In this document: positions 28,959 to 38,933 of the stretch, piece by piece
Layout of the letters: each line of letters starts with the position of its first letter
How positions within the stretch are numbered: the stretch's first letter is position 1
Assembly: GCA_965215195.1 (NCBI GenBank)
Contig: CBDCDC010000001.1
Coordinates: 832,001 to 896,000 of the forward strand
Reading direction: 5' to 3'
DNA length: 64,000 bases
DNA from: Candidatus Latescibacterota bacterium
Lineage (GTDB): Bacteria > Latescibacterota > UBA2968 > UBA8231
Made by a program: the position numbers and the translations under genes
Notes under the pieces: generated by a model
Told to the model about the DNA's origin: nothing
Databases searched by the model: none
What the model saw: only the letters and a program-made list of their open reading frames with translations

Positions 28959-29926
28959 AAATTGGCCTCTGCGCTTGGAGCTTTACTGGCACTCACAAAG
29001 AAGCCGGCCGCGCCATTGACCCCCACACCCCTGAGGGCCTGACGCACTTGGCCCGCGACAACGGCCTCCACAGCGTCGAATTCGCCGCCCAATGGCTGGG
29101 CGATGGCTCGCCCGAGGAGCAGGCGGCCTTTGCCGAGACGCGCGCCAACCTCGATCTGTTTTTGGACACGGGCGGCGACAACTACGCCGCAGATATTGCG
29201 CCGCTGCGCCAAGCCATTGAGACAGCGCACCAAACCGGGGCCCGCGCCGTGCGCACGACCGTCAGCCGCATGGTCGAAGGCGACCGCACTGAATATGGTG
29301 CGGAGGGAATGCGGGACTACGTCGAAGCCTTGGTACAGCCCTTCAAAGAAGTCATGCCACTCGCCGAAGAATACGGCATTCCAGTGGGCATTGAAAACCA
29401 CCAAGATCTGTGTTCTTGGGAATTGCTGTCGCTGTGTGAAAAAGTCGGCAGCCCCCAGCTCGGCGTCACCATGGACGTGGGCAATGCCCTTGCCGTCGGC
29501 GAGCATCCCCTGTCTTTTGCCGAGCGCGTCTTGCCCATCCTCAAACACGTCCACATCAAGGACTACGCGGTGCATCCCACGCCCTCGGGCTACCGCCTCA
29601 AGCGTTGCGCCATTGGCGACGGGGTCGTGGATTGGCCGCAGATAATGGCACTCTTCGACCGCGAGGCTCCGCAAGTCCAAGGCTGCATTGAACTCGGCGC
29701 GAGCGTCGCCCGCCACATCCGCCTTTTGGAAGAGGACTGGTGGGCAACCTTTCCCCCAAGACCGCTTCCAGAGACCATCAACGCCATCCGCACTCTGCAT
29801 CAGGCGGCTGGCGATCCCGACGATTGGCAGACGCCACACGAGCGCGGAGAGAGTGGCAAGATGCGGGTTGCTTATGAGATGGAGCAGTTTGAGCGCTCGG
29901 TGGCCTATGTAAAGGAATCCTTGTAA
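28955..29926 (+). CDS. Sugar phosphate isomerase/epimerase (xylose isomerase-like TIM barrel)
   Basis: GIENHQD, DVGN, HVHIKDY, IGDGVVD. ATGA overlap with hisS. Confidence 0.85.
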   Translation: MKIGLCAWSFTGTHKEAGRAIDPHTPEGLTHLARDNGLHSVEFAAQWLGDGSPEEQAAFAETRANLDLFLDTGGDNYAADIAPLRQAIETAHQTGARAVRTTVSRMVEGDRTEYGAEGMRDYVEALVQPFKEVMPLAEEYGIPVGIENHQDLCSWELLSLCEKVGSPQLGVTMDVGNALAVGEHPLSFAERVLPILKHVHIKDYAVHPTPSGYRLKRCAIGDGVVDWPQIMALFDREAPQVQGCIELGASVARHIRLLEEDWWATFPPRPLPETINAIRTLHQAAGDPDDWQTPHERGESGKMRVAYEMEQFERSVAYVKESL

Positions 29927-29963
29927 GCTATTCTTTAAGCCCTTTCACCCGAAAGCTCAAACC

Positions 29964-31460
29964 ATGCCCGACCGCCCCAACATCCTTTTCATAATGTCCG
30001 ACCAGCTCATCGCCGCCCTGACCGGTGCCTACGGCCATCCAGTCGTCCAGACCCCGCATCTGAATCGCCTCGCGGCCGAAGGCGTCCGCTTTGACGCTGC
30101 CTACACTCCTTTCCCCTTGTGCGCCCCAGGCCGCGCCTGCATCACCAGCGGACGCCACGCCTCTGAAATTGGTGCTTGGGACAACGGTGCGCTTTTGGCC
30201 GCGGATGTGCCGTCGTACGCCCACTACCTCAGCAACGCAGGCTACGACACTGTGCTCTCGGGCAAAATGCACTTCGTCGGCCCGGACCAGCTCCACGGCT
30301 TCCACCGCCGGCTGACGACCGACATCTACCCGCCCGACTTCTCGTGGGTCAAGGAAGAGTGGATTCGCATTAAGGAGACGAAGGGGGACGACTACGAGGA
30401 GGTCATGGGCAACCGCCCTACGTACAACGCCGGTGGCTACATCGGCCAAGCCGTGCAGGTCAACTTCTGGCACAATGCCCTTAGCTACGACGAAGAAACG
30501 CACTTCCGCGCCGTCGAGTACCTCCGCGCCCAACGCGGCGATACCCCCTTCTTGCTCTGCGCCTCCTTCCACCATCCGCACGAGCCATTCCACCCGCCGC
30601 AGGCGTACTGGGACCGCTACGCCGACGCCGAGATCGCCATCCCCGAATTTCCCGACCATCTCGATGAGACCTATTCGGCACTGGATCGCTGGCTCAACGC
30701 CTACCACGGCACCCGCCGCTTCAACCTGCGCGATCCAGCGAGCCTGCGCCGTCTGCACCGCGCGTACTACGGCTTGGTGACGTACCTCGACGACAAGGTC
30801 GGCGGCCTGCTGGCGACGCTGGAGGAAACGGACCTGCTCGACAATACGGTTGTGGTCTTTACCTCTGACCACGGCGACATGCTGTGCGAAAAGGAAATGG
30901 TGCAGAAGCGCTGTTTTTACGAGTGGTCTTGCCGCGTCCCCCTCATCGTCCGCTTCCCCGACCAATGGCAGGCCGGCACCACTGTCGAGACGCCGACCTC
31001 ACTCCTCGACCTGCTGCCGACGTTTTGCGAGTTGGCCGGTGTAGAGGCGAGCTTGCCCCACGACGGCACCAGCCTCCTGCCGATCATTGAGGGCCACAGT
31101 GCCGACCGCCACATCTTCGCCCAAGCCCACGAAGCGGTGGGCGCGCCCTGCATCATGATCCGCGAGGGCCAGTTCAAATACAATTACATCCACGGCCACC
31201 CGCCCCAGCTTTTTGACTTGGAAAGCGATCCCGGCGAGTGGAACAACCTCGCCGGTGCAGCCGCGTACGCCGCAACTGAAACGCGCCTGCGCGGGCTAAT
31301 CCTCGACCGCTTTGACCCCGATAAAATGGCTGCCGACAACCTCGACAGCCTCTACCGCCGCCGCCTAATCCGGGACGTGATGTACAAGCACGACGCCTCG
31401 TGGAACCACCATACGACCTTCGATCCGCGGCGAGGGGCGCTGGACCAGTATCGCCGCTAA
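29964..31460 (+). CDS. betC: Choline-sulfatase-like sulfatase
   Basis: PNILFIMSDQ, CAPGR (CxPxR), GKMHFVGPDQLHGF, SDHGDML. Confidence 0.8.
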   Translation: MPDRPNILFIMSDQLIAALTGAYGHPVVQTPHLNRLAAEGVRFDAAYTPFPLCAPGRACITSGRHASEIGAWDNGALLAADVPSYAHYLSNAGYDTVLSGKMHFVGPDQLHGFHRRLTTDIYPPDFSWVKEEWIRIKETKGDDYEEVMGNRPTYNAGGYIGQAVQVNFWHNALSYDEETHFRAVEYLRAQRGDTPFLLCASFHHPHEPFHPPQAYWDRYADAEIAIPEFPDHLDETYSALDRWLNAYHGTRRFNLRDPASLRRLHRAYYGLVTYLDDKVGGLLATLEETDLLDNTVVVFTSDHGDMLCEKEMVQKRCFYEWSCRVPLIVRFPDQWQAGTTVETPTSLLDLLPTFCELAGVEASLPHDGTSLLPIIEGHSADRHIFAQAHEAVGAPCIMIREGQFKYNYIHGHPPQLFDLESDPGEWNNLAGAAAYAATETRLRGLILDRFDPDKMAADNLDSLYRRRLIRDVMYKHDASWNHHTTFDPRRGALDQYRR

Positions 31461-31561
31461 GCAAGCGCGTTGCGCCCCGAGCTGTTGGTAGCTATGGGTG
31501 GGGCGAAGCAAGGACCAGCAGAGTACAAAACCCAAATTCAGAGCTTCACTGCAGAGTGATA

Positions 31562-32212
31562 ATGGTGAAAAAACTGACGATTCCTCGTCTCAAGATAGAG
31601 GCCGCTGAGTTCGCTGCCCAAGAATCTACCCATGCGGAATCATCTCTTTTTGGCGTGACCGATGGCAAGGCAGTCGGCACTTATTTAGAGCAAAAATTTC
31701 AAGCGTATCTCCACAAAAAATATGATTACATCGAAGGATCTTCAGCTAAGGGAATTGATTTTCCTGAGTTGAATGTGGACATTAAAGTCACCAGTATTAG
31801 GCAGCCTCAATCTTCTTGTCCTTTCGAGTCGGCACGACAGAAAATTTACGGTCTCGGATACAACCTACTTGTATTCGTATATGAGAAGTCTGACGACGAG
31901 CGGACAAAGACAGGATGCCTAGATATTCACCACACAATTTTTGTCGATACGTCGCGAACCGCAGATTTTCAGACGACAAGTGGCATCTTGAGAATTCTTG
32001 AGAATGAGGGAAATTTCGACGATATGCTCGCTTTCTTTGCTGAGAGAATGCTTCCGCTCGACGATATTCAAGCACAGACACTTGCGGAGGAAGTGCTGGC
32101 TAATCCCCCTCAAATCGGATACCTGACCATCTCTAATGCGCTTCAATGGCGACTTCAATATAGCCGTGTGATTCAGCAAGCGGGAATAGTTATCGGGATC
32201 GAGACATTATGA
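31562..32212 (+). CDS. Type II restriction endonuclease, NspV-like
   Basis: GVTDGKAVGTYLE, GIDFP...DIKVTS..QPQSSCP, ISNALQWRLQY, which I recall from R.NspV-type enzymes. Lower GC. ATGA overlap with the MTase. Confidence 0.7.
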   Translation: MVKKLTIPRLKIEAAEFAAQESTHAESSLFGVTDGKAVGTYLEQKFQAYLHKKYDYIEGSSAKGIDFPELNVDIKVTSIRQPQSSCPFESARQKIYGLGYNLLVFVYEKSDDERTKTGCLDIHHTIFVDTSRTADFQTTSGILRILENEGNFDDMLAFFAERMLPLDDIQAQTLAEEVLANPPQIGYLTISNALQWRLQYSRVIQQAGIVIGIETL

Positions 32213-33741
32213 ACAAAAGAAAAGAATTTGGCGACTTTCAGACTCCTAGAAAGTTGGCAACTAAGGTAACAGCCCTAGTTGCTGATATTTATGGGAACCC
32301 CGACTTAGTCGTTGAACCAACAGCAGGGATCGGTGCATTCCTCAAAGCGTCAAAAGCTCAGTGGGGTAGAGAATGTCAATATGAGGGTTACGAGATTAAT
32401 CGAGACTATGTAGTCCAAGCATCCGAGACACTAAAAACATGTGGAGTTAAACTTTTCCAGCGGGATTTTTTTACCCTAGACTGGAAGCAGGTACTCAACC
32501 GAACAGCAGCAGGCAGAGTCTTGGTGATTGGCAATCCACCTTGGGTTACAAACTCTGAACTTGGACTTTTAGGTAGTCAGAACCGACCCAAGAGGACCAA
32601 TTTTCAGCGGTTGCGTGGCTTGGATGCCCGCATGGGGAAGTCTAATTTTGACATTGCAGAATGGATGCTTATCCAACTGATTGAAGCAATACCACCTAAC
32701 GGTGCCGTTGCTATGTTGTGCAAGACAATGACAGCGCGCAAGGTCTTGCGACATTTTTGGAAAACAGATAGAGGACGGAAAGGGTCTTGCCTCTTTCGGA
32801 TAGATGCCAAGGCATCTTTTGCTGCTGCCGTTGACGCTTGTCTTTTGTTTATCAGTGGCGTACGAACAGACGAGCGAGTTGCAACAATCTATGATGGTCT
32901 ATGTCTAAAATCTTCTACGAGCCAGTTCGGCTTTATTGACGGCGACTTGGTTTCTGACATCAGCGCATATAAGCAATTTAGAGAGTTTGGCAGCGGATCC
33001 CTTGCTTATACTTGGAGATCTGGAATCAAGCACGATGCAGCCAAGGTCATGGAGTTTACTCGCGAGGGTGGATTATACCGCAATGGATTGGGCGAGACGG
33101 TCGAGTTGGAAGATCGTTATCTTTATCCATTACTAAAATCGTCGGACCTTGGCAACGGTCGCACTGTACCACGCAAGTCTGTTTTAGTCACGCAGCAGCA
33201 TATAGGCGATGACACATCAACAATCGAGGGCAAGGCTCCTAAGACGTGGCAGTATCTTATAGACCATGCAGCAACTCTCGACGGTCGCAAAAGTTCGATT
33301 TACAAAAATCGCCCTCGCTTCTCCATATTTGGTATAGGTAGATATTCCTTTGCTTTGTGGAAAGTCGCTACTTCGGGCTTATACAAGTCTTTCTCGTTCG
33401 CAGTTGTTCCACCATTGGCGAATCGCCCGGTTATGGTGGACGATACTTGTTATTCGATTCCATGTGATACGGAGTCTGAAGCGCGTTTGCTTTGCGATTT
33501 GCTCTCATCTGATCCTGCACTTGCCTTTCTGCGATCGTTAGTGTTCGTGGATGCTAAGCGACCGATCACTATCGATGTATTGCGACGTATCTCATTCGTT
33601 TCTGTGGCACAACGGCTTGGAAGGCTGGAAGAATTGGAACAATTCATCCATGCGGAAAAACCAAATTTCGCGGCGGAACGACAAATGACCTTGCTCATGG
33701 AACCAAAACTAGACTATCCTGTGTGCGCCTACCCCAAATGA
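32209..33741 (+). CDS. Cognate amino-type (N6-A/N4-C) DNA methyltransferase
   Basis: FGDFQTP, EPTAGIGAF (motif I), IGNPPW (motif IV). Confidence 0.88.
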   Translation: MNKRKEFGDFQTPRKLATKVTALVADIYGNPDLVVEPTAGIGAFLKASKAQWGRECQYEGYEINRDYVVQASETLKTCGVKLFQRDFFTLDWKQVLNRTAAGRVLVIGNPPWVTNSELGLLGSQNRPKRTNFQRLRGLDARMGKSNFDIAEWMLIQLIEAIPPNGAVAMLCKTMTARKVLRHFWKTDRGRKGSCLFRIDAKASFAAAVDACLLFISGVRTDERVATIYDGLCLKSSTSQFGFIDGDLVSDISAYKQFREFGSGSLAYTWRSGIKHDAAKVMEFTREGGLYRNGLGETVELEDRYLYPLLKSSDLGNGRTVPRKSVLVTQQHIGDDTSTIEGKAPKTWQYLIDHAATLDGRKSSIYKNRPRFSIFGIGRYSFALWKVATSGLYKSFSFAVVPPLANRPVMVDDTCYSIPCDTESEARLLCDLLSSDPALAFLRSLVFVDAKRPITIDVLRRISFVSVAQRLGRLEELEQFIHAEKPNFAAERQMTLLMEPKLDYPVCAYPK

Positions 33742-33742
33742 G

Positions 33743-33931
33743 AAACGTGCTCCAATGTCCTGCGCGATGGTCTATTGGGGCCCGCAGTACGAACGCTTTG
33801 AAAACATATTCATCCGCTTTGGCGCGGTGGTTGACGTTCGGCATCTACATGGGAAACTCGTTGGCACGGGCGAGCACTTGGATCTATTCGCAGCGGAGAA
33901 CTTGCCGCCGCTATCCTCCCAACCCCTGTAG
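33743..33931 (+). pseudogene. Possible 3' remnant of a phage-Dam-type N6-adenine methyltransferase
   Basis: Frame reads KRAPMSCAMVYWGPQYERFENIFIRFGAVVDVR, resembling the recalled C-terminal KGAPMxCAMIYWG...GAVVD motif. No upstream portion present. Confidence 0.4.
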
Positions 33932-34933
33932 CTGCGTTGGCTCTGCGAGGGGCACCACGGGATTTTCCAAAACCCCGATCCCGCCGGAAAAGGTTAGCTG
34001 CATCACGTCCCCGACCAACAGCCCCGCCGGCAAGTCGGCCTCGGCAAAGACGATGGGCGTCCCCCAGTAAAACGCCAGCAGGGTGCGCGGCGCTAGGGGC
34101 AGCCGCCGGAAAAGGTGGCGCTCTAAGTGCAGGAGTCGGCCGGGCATGTTCAGGTTGTTTTGGCCGGTCGCGCCCTTTTTGTAGGCTATGGATTGGCCGT
34201 CGCGCAGAATGCGGCACGAGACTTCAACCTCGGCGTCGGCGTACTCGTCGGCCGTAACCAACACTGGCCCTAGGGAAGCGCAGCCGCCAGCCCAGTTTTT
34301 GGCTTGGGGCAAGTTGAGGGGATTGGCGGCCTCAATGCCGTTGTCCGTGGCATCGTTGCCGCCGGTGTAGCCCAGCCGCTCTAAGCGGCCTTGGCGCGTC
34401 AGGCCATAGACCGACACCAACTCGGTCTCGGGCACTAAGCGCTGGGTATCGGCGGGCCGGGTGATGGGCTGGCCGTGCCCGACGACGGCATCTGGCTCGC
34501 CTTTGGCGAACAGTTCGGGCCGTCCGCCGCCGGACACCTCGCGGTACTTCTGGTCGTACACATTGACCGCCTCTCCGGTGGCCTGCTGGGCTTCGATTTC
34601 GCGCAACTTGGCACTGACTTGGTGAGTGACGCCGGCCAGCCACACGCGCAGGGCGTGGGGATGATCGGGCGGGCCGCTGACCGGCTTGGTGAGATACGGG
34701 TCGCGGGTGCTGCGATTGGCCAACAGCGCGTCTAGCGGCAAGCGGCGCGTAGCCCGTTTTTGCAGGTTCTGAGCGGCCGCCACTAGCCCAATTTTGTCGC
34801 CGCCGGCGTCGTAGTAAAGCTGATGCACGGTGCGCGGCCCCGGTGCTGCGCTCGTCAGGTCTAAGACCTCGTCTCCGGCGACGAGGCCCAAGCGCATGCC
34901 GTCGTTTGGCTCAATAAATTGCACTAGTCTCAC
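33911..34933 (-). CDS. Fumarylacetoacetate hydrolase family protein (AraD1-like)
   Basis: RPELFAKG, VPETEL, GYTGGND, ANPLNLPQAK, IGVLENPV. Confidence 0.8.
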   Translation of the reverse strand: MRLVQFIEPNDGMRLGLVAGDEVLDLTSAAPGPRTVHQLYYDAGGDKIGLVAAAQNLQKRATRRLPLDALLANRSTRDPYLTKPVSGPPDHPHALRVWLAGVTHQVSAKLREIEAQQATGEAVNVYDQKYREVSGGGRPELFAKGEPDAVVGHGQPITRPADTQRLVPETELVSVYGLTRQGRLERLGYTGGNDATDNGIEAANPLNLPQAKNWAGGCASLGPVLVTADEYADAEVEVSCRILRDGQSIAYKKGATGQNNLNMPGRLLHLERHLFRRLPLAPRTLLAFYWGTPIVFAEADLPAGLLVGDVMQLTFSGGIGVLENPVVPLAEPTQLQGLGG

Positions 34934-35032
34934 ACGTATTACTCCCTACTCAGTTAGTGGTTAGTTATTTCGGGCCGCCGCACCCCGTGCCGGGAAGGCG
35001 AGACAGCGGCGATCCAAAGTGCGTAACATCCG

Positions 35033-35860
35033 TTAGGAGATAAAGAGCGGGGCCGCGGACTTAGGCGCGATGCCAGCCCGCTCGGCCCGCTCAATCAGGT
35101 CGAATATAGCGGCTTCGCCGTCGGCTCCGTAGTTGAGCGTGTGCTGGTTGACGTACAAGTTGATGTGCGCCTGCACGACGCCTTCGTCCATTTCTTGGGC
35201 GTACTGGCGGACGTAGCCGCGCACGGCCTCGGGGTGGGCATACGCGTACTCCACGCTCTGCCTGAGTGCGCGGTCGAGCCGCTCGATGAACTCGGCCCCG
35301 AGGCTGCGCCGCGCCAAGATGCCGCCGAGGGGGATGGGATGCCCGGTGCTTTCCTCCCACCACTGGCCTAAGTCGATGATAGGTTCTAGCCCGCGTTGGG
35401 CGTAGGTGAAGCGGCTCTCGTGGATGATGACGCCCGCATCGACTGAGCCTTGGGCGGTCGCGTCCACGATCTGGTCGAAAGGCATAACCGCTAGCTGCTC
35501 AATGCTGGGGTCGAACAGCCGCAGCAGCAAGGCCGCGGTGGTCAGCCGCCCGGGAATGGCGATCCGCTTGTGTTTGAGGTCTTCTAGCACCAGTTTCTCC
35601 CGCGCTACCAGTAGCGGCCCGCATCCCCTCCCCAAGGCCCCACCCGAGTGCAGCAGGCAGTACTGCTCCCGCAAGTGCGCCAGCGCGTGGAAGGATATTT
35701 TGGTCGCGTCGAGCTGCCCCCGCAGCGCCATCTCATTGAGCGTCTCAATGTCGGCCAGCACCTCCTCGCATAGCGGCGCACCGGCGATCTGCCCGTGGAC
35801 TAGGCCACAAAAGACAAACGTATCGTTGGGACAGGGCGAATAGCCCAAGGTCACGCGCAT
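35033..35860 (-). CDS. mqnD: 1,4-dihydroxy-6-naphthoate synthase (futalosine menaquinone pathway)
   Basis: GYSPCPNDTF, SGGALGRGCGP, IHESRFTY, PIPLG, HINLYVN. Confidence 0.95.
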   Translation of the reverse strand: MRVTLGYSPCPNDTFVFCGLVHGQIAGAPLCEEVLADIETLNEMALRGQLDATKISFHALAHLREQYCLLHSGGALGRGCGPLLVAREKLVLEDLKHKRIAIPGRLTTAALLLRLFDPSIEQLAVMPFDQIVDATAQGSVDAGVIIHESRFTYAQRGLEPIIDLGQWWEESTGHPIPLGGILARRSLGAEFIERLDRALRQSVEYAYAHPEAVRGYVRQYAQEMDEGVVQAHINLYVNQHTLNYGADGEAAIFDLIERAERAGIAPKSAAPLFIS

Positions 35861-36573
35861 AGTCCCTCCTGCAAAAGCTGCTGAGCCGCGGCCTGCGCCC
35901 TAGCCGCGGCCCGCGGCAAATCCCATTGCTCCCGCGCGCGCTGCTCGACGATGTTGCTCATGGCGCGTACCTCGGCAAAGGGCACTTCGTACAGGGCGCA
36001 TACGTGCGCGGCCGCCGCCCCCTCCATGTTTTCGCACAAGGCCCCAAAGTGCCGCCCCCTTTCCACCCCCAATTCGTCGGTGCCGGAGCATTCCTGCACG
36101 GTGACGAAGGGGCCAATGCGGGCTTCCGGCAACGCGGCCGCCGCCCGCTGCACCCACTGCTCGTCGATGGGAAAGCAATTGTAGTAAGCGCACCCTTTCT
36201 CCAGCACTGGAATGCCAATCAGCTCGCCGCCCTGCCAGCCATCTGGCGTCCGCACCCCCAGATCCCCGTAGTATTCCCTGCTGGCCAAGGCCAGCTCCCC
36301 GACGCTTGCGCCGCTCTCGGGATACGCCCCGCCCACGCCGACTTGGACGACCCGCCGCGGCCGCTGCGCCTGCAAGTAGCAGGTGAGCGCGTGCGCTGCA
36401 TTCACCGCGCCGATCCCGGTCGCCACCAAGGTCACTGGCTGTGCGCCAATTTTCCCGCTCACCCATTCGCGCTCGGCGACTTTGCGCTGTACGCGCTCGG
36501 CCACGGCCTCCCTTAGGGCAAACTGCTCAAAAGCCGTCGCGCTCAGCACGAGGATCTCTTCCGCGGCCGTCAT
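35851..36573 (-). CDS. mqnB: Futalosine hydrolase
   Basis: TGIGAVNAA, GVGGAY, ENMEGAAAA, EVRAMSN. Directly upstream of mqnD. Confidence 0.9.
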   Translation of the reverse strand: MTAAEEILVLSATAFEQFALREAVAERVQRKVAEREWVSGKIGAQPVTLVATGIGAVNAAHALTCYLQAQRPRRVVQVGVGGAYPESGASVGELALASREYYGDLGVRTPDGWQGGELIGIPVLEKGCAYYNCFPIDEQWVQRAAAALPEARIGPFVTVQECSGTDELGVERGRHFGALCENMEGAAAAHVCALYEVPFAEVRAMSNIVEQRAREQWDLPRAAARAQAAAQQLLQEGLCA

Positions 36574-36608
36574 CGGACACTCCTGTTAAAATGTGGCATA
36601 ATATACGG

Positions 36609-36637
36609 TTGACGCAGCCGAGGGCCAGCCGTACAAT
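36609..36637 (+). promoter_or_regulatory. Putative sigma70 promoter
   Basis: TTGACG-N17-TACAAT. Confidence 0.55.
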
Positions 36638-36655
36638 CCGGCCAAGCACCCTTCC

Positions 36656-37828
36656 TTGGATAGCCTTATGCACATTTGCCACATCCGCATCTACTCGGTC
36701 GCTGTCCCCCGCGTGTACCACACCCACGTAGCTCCCACGGGCGGCCACAGCAAGAATGCCTCGCGCTACTACGTGCTGGAAATCGAGACCAATACTGGCC
36801 TGCGCGGCCTCGGCGAAATCTCGGATCTAGAAGATGCGTGGCAAGCGCCGGCGCCGGCGGCCCTGTGCCAGACCCTGACGCCCCTGCTGGCTGGTGCCGA
36901 CCCGCGCAAACGCCTCCTCGCTTGGGAGCGCGTGGCCGAGGCCCTGCCCGCCAGCGACCACCCGGAATTCCGCCGGCTCGTCGGTGCGGCCGTGGAAATG
37001 GCCCTGATCGATCTCGCCGGCAAGTATTACAACGCCCCGGCCCACGCGCTCTTAGGCGGCCAGTACCGGGACGCGCTACCCATCTCTTGGGTCGCGTACA
37101 TCCGCAGTGCGGATGCGCTGGCAGAGGAAATTCAGGAAAAAGTCGCCGCGGGCTTTAGGGCCTTCAAGCTCAAGGTGGGGGCCGACTTTGACCTCGACTG
37201 CGAGCGCGTCCGCGTCTGCCGCCGGATTGTCGGCCCGGAGGCGTACCTCAAGGCCGATGCTTCGGGCGCGTGGGAAGAAGAAGAGGCCATCGAGCGGATC
37301 CACGCACTGTCCGCGCTGGGCGTAGATGCGGTTGAGACGCCGATCCAATGCGTCGCGCGCAAAGTGGCCAAGGACCACCCCGAACAGGTCAATGCCGACC
37401 CAGACTCGGCAGCCTTGGCCTTGGCGAGGGTGCGCGCGGCCGTGCCCGCCGCCCTCATCGAACACGTCGCCGACTTTGCCGACTCGTTTGCCCTCGCCCT
37501 CTTGCGCCACCGGGCCGTGGATGCCTTCAACGTCGCGCCCGTCCAAGCCGGCAGCTTGCACCGCGCCCAGCGGCTGATCCAGCTCGCCGCGGCCGCTGGC
37601 GTACCCGTCCTGCTCGGCAGCACGGTCGAGCTCGGCATTGGCACGGCCGCAGCCGTGCATTTAGGCGTGGCCACTAAAGCCGTCTGCGCCCCCTCGGACT
37701 TGGTCGGTCCGGGCCTGTTGGCGAGCGATGTCGTTGCGCCGCGCTTGACCTACCGGCAGGGCTGCCTGCGCGCTCCGCGAGGGCCGGGGTTGGGCGTCGA
37801 GCTGATGGAGCAGAAAGGAATCCCATGA
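36656..37828 (+). CDS. Mandelate racemase/muconate lactonizing enzyme family protein
   Basis: AAVEMALIDL, FKLKVG (KxK), D...E.P metal ligands, GPGLGVEL. Confidence 0.85.
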   Translation: MDSLMHICHIRIYSVAVPRVYHTHVAPTGGHSKNASRYYVLEIETNTGLRGLGEISDLEDAWQAPAPAALCQTLTPLLAGADPRKRLLAWERVAEALPASDHPEFRRLVGAAVEMALIDLAGKYYNAPAHALLGGQYRDALPISWVAYIRSADALAEEIQEKVAAGFRAFKLKVGADFDLDCERVRVCRRIVGPEAYLKADASGAWEEEEAIERIHALSALGVDAVETPIQCVARKVAKDHPEQVNADPDSAALALARVRAAVPAALIEHVADFADSFALALLRHRAVDAFNVAPVQAGSLHRAQRLIQLAAAAGVPVLLGSTVELGIGTAAAVHLGVATKAVCAPSDLVGPGLLASDVVAPRLTYRQGCLRAPRGPGLGVELMEQKGIP

Positions 37829-38862
37829 GCCAACGCCTCTCCTACGCCAGCGCCGGCGTCGATATAGACCAGACCGATGCGGCCAAGCGCACCATGGCCG
37901 CGAGTATGGAGACCGCAGACCCGCGCGTGCTCAACCGGATTGGCGCGTTCGCCACCCTGCTCGACGCCCGCTTCCCCGAATACGCCCACCCAGTGCTGGT
38001 CCACAAGAGCGAGGAGCCAGGGTCCAAGCAGAAGTTGGCCTTTGCCCACGGTCGCCATCGCGGGGTCTGCTACGACATGGTCAACCACCTCATCGACGAT
38101 ATCATCGTCATGGGGGCCGAGCCAATTTCGATCCAGGACGTCATTGTATGCGGCACGATGGAGGGAACCATCGTCAACGACCTTGTCGAAGCCTTGGCCG
38201 ACGCCTGCCGCCAACAGGGCTGCACCCTGACCGGCGGCGAGACTTCGGTGCAGCCCGGCGTGATTCCCGACGGCCTCTACGTGCTGACTGCCAGCGTCAT
38301 CGGCGTCGTCGATAGGGACCACATTATCGACGGCCGCGCCATTGCGGCCGGCGACCAAGTTTTGGCGCTCGCTTCCAACGGCCTGCACACCAACGGCTAC
38401 ACCCTAGTCCGCGCTCTCTTAGACCGGCAACCCGAGCTACTCGCCGCAGACGTGGCCGGCGAACCCTTCCTCGAAGCGGTGCTCAAGCCCCATACCTGCT
38501 ACTTGCAGGCCGTGCGCGGCCTTTTTGCCGACCCCAGCCTCCACGGCATGGCCCACATCACCGGCGGCGGCCTCCGCGACAATCTCAGCCGTATCTTGCG
38601 GCCGGGCCTCAACGCCCGGCTCGACTTGGCGGCCCTACAGATCCCGCCGATCTTCCGCACCTTGCGCGCCGCAGGCGACCTAGACGACGCAGACATGCTG
38701 CGCACGTTCAATATGGGCGTGGGCATGGCGCTGGTGGTCGCGCCCGAAGCCGTGGAACAGGTGCTGGCCCACCTAGCGGCCCAAAATTGCCGGGCCTATC
38801 GGCTCGGGGAAATCGTCGCTGGCGAGCAAGAGGTTGTGTTGCAGGGGGCGCTCGCTTGGTAG
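37825..38862 (+). CDS. purM: Phosphoribosylformylglycinamidine cyclo-ligase (AIR synthetase), divergent variant
   Basis: YASAGVDI, GGET, SNGLHTNGY, AHITGGG, TFNMGVGM. Confidence 0.9.
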   Translation: MSQRLSYASAGVDIDQTDAAKRTMAASMETADPRVLNRIGAFATLLDARFPEYAHPVLVHKSEEPGSKQKLAFAHGRHRGVCYDMVNHLIDDIIVMGAEPISIQDVIVCGTMEGTIVNDLVEALADACRQQGCTLTGGETSVQPGVIPDGLYVLTASVIGVVDRDHIIDGRAIAAGDQVLALASNGLHTNGYTLVRALLDRQPELLAADVAGEPFLEAVLKPHTCYLQAVRGLFADPSLHGMAHITGGGLRDNLSRILRPGLNARLDLAALQIPPIFRTLRAAGDLDDADMLRTFNMGVGMALVVAPEAVEQVLAHLAAQNCRAYRLGEIVAGEQEVVLQGALAW

Positions 38863-38933
38863 AATTGTCGCCTGAAATTGGATTGTGCGCCCAATGCACA
38901 CCCCATGCCTAATTTTCTGAAAGGAGCCACGTT

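Noticed and set aside
26487-30965. Long antisense ORFs (333, 320 and 345 aa) opposite the dehydratase, isomerase and sulfatase genes
   Set aside because: Typical high-GC shadow frames with no recognisable motifs.
36656-37828. Enolase-superfamily gene as menC because it neighbours menaquinone genes
   Set aside because: The neighbours belong to the futalosine route, which does not use MenC, and the gene is divergently transcribed.
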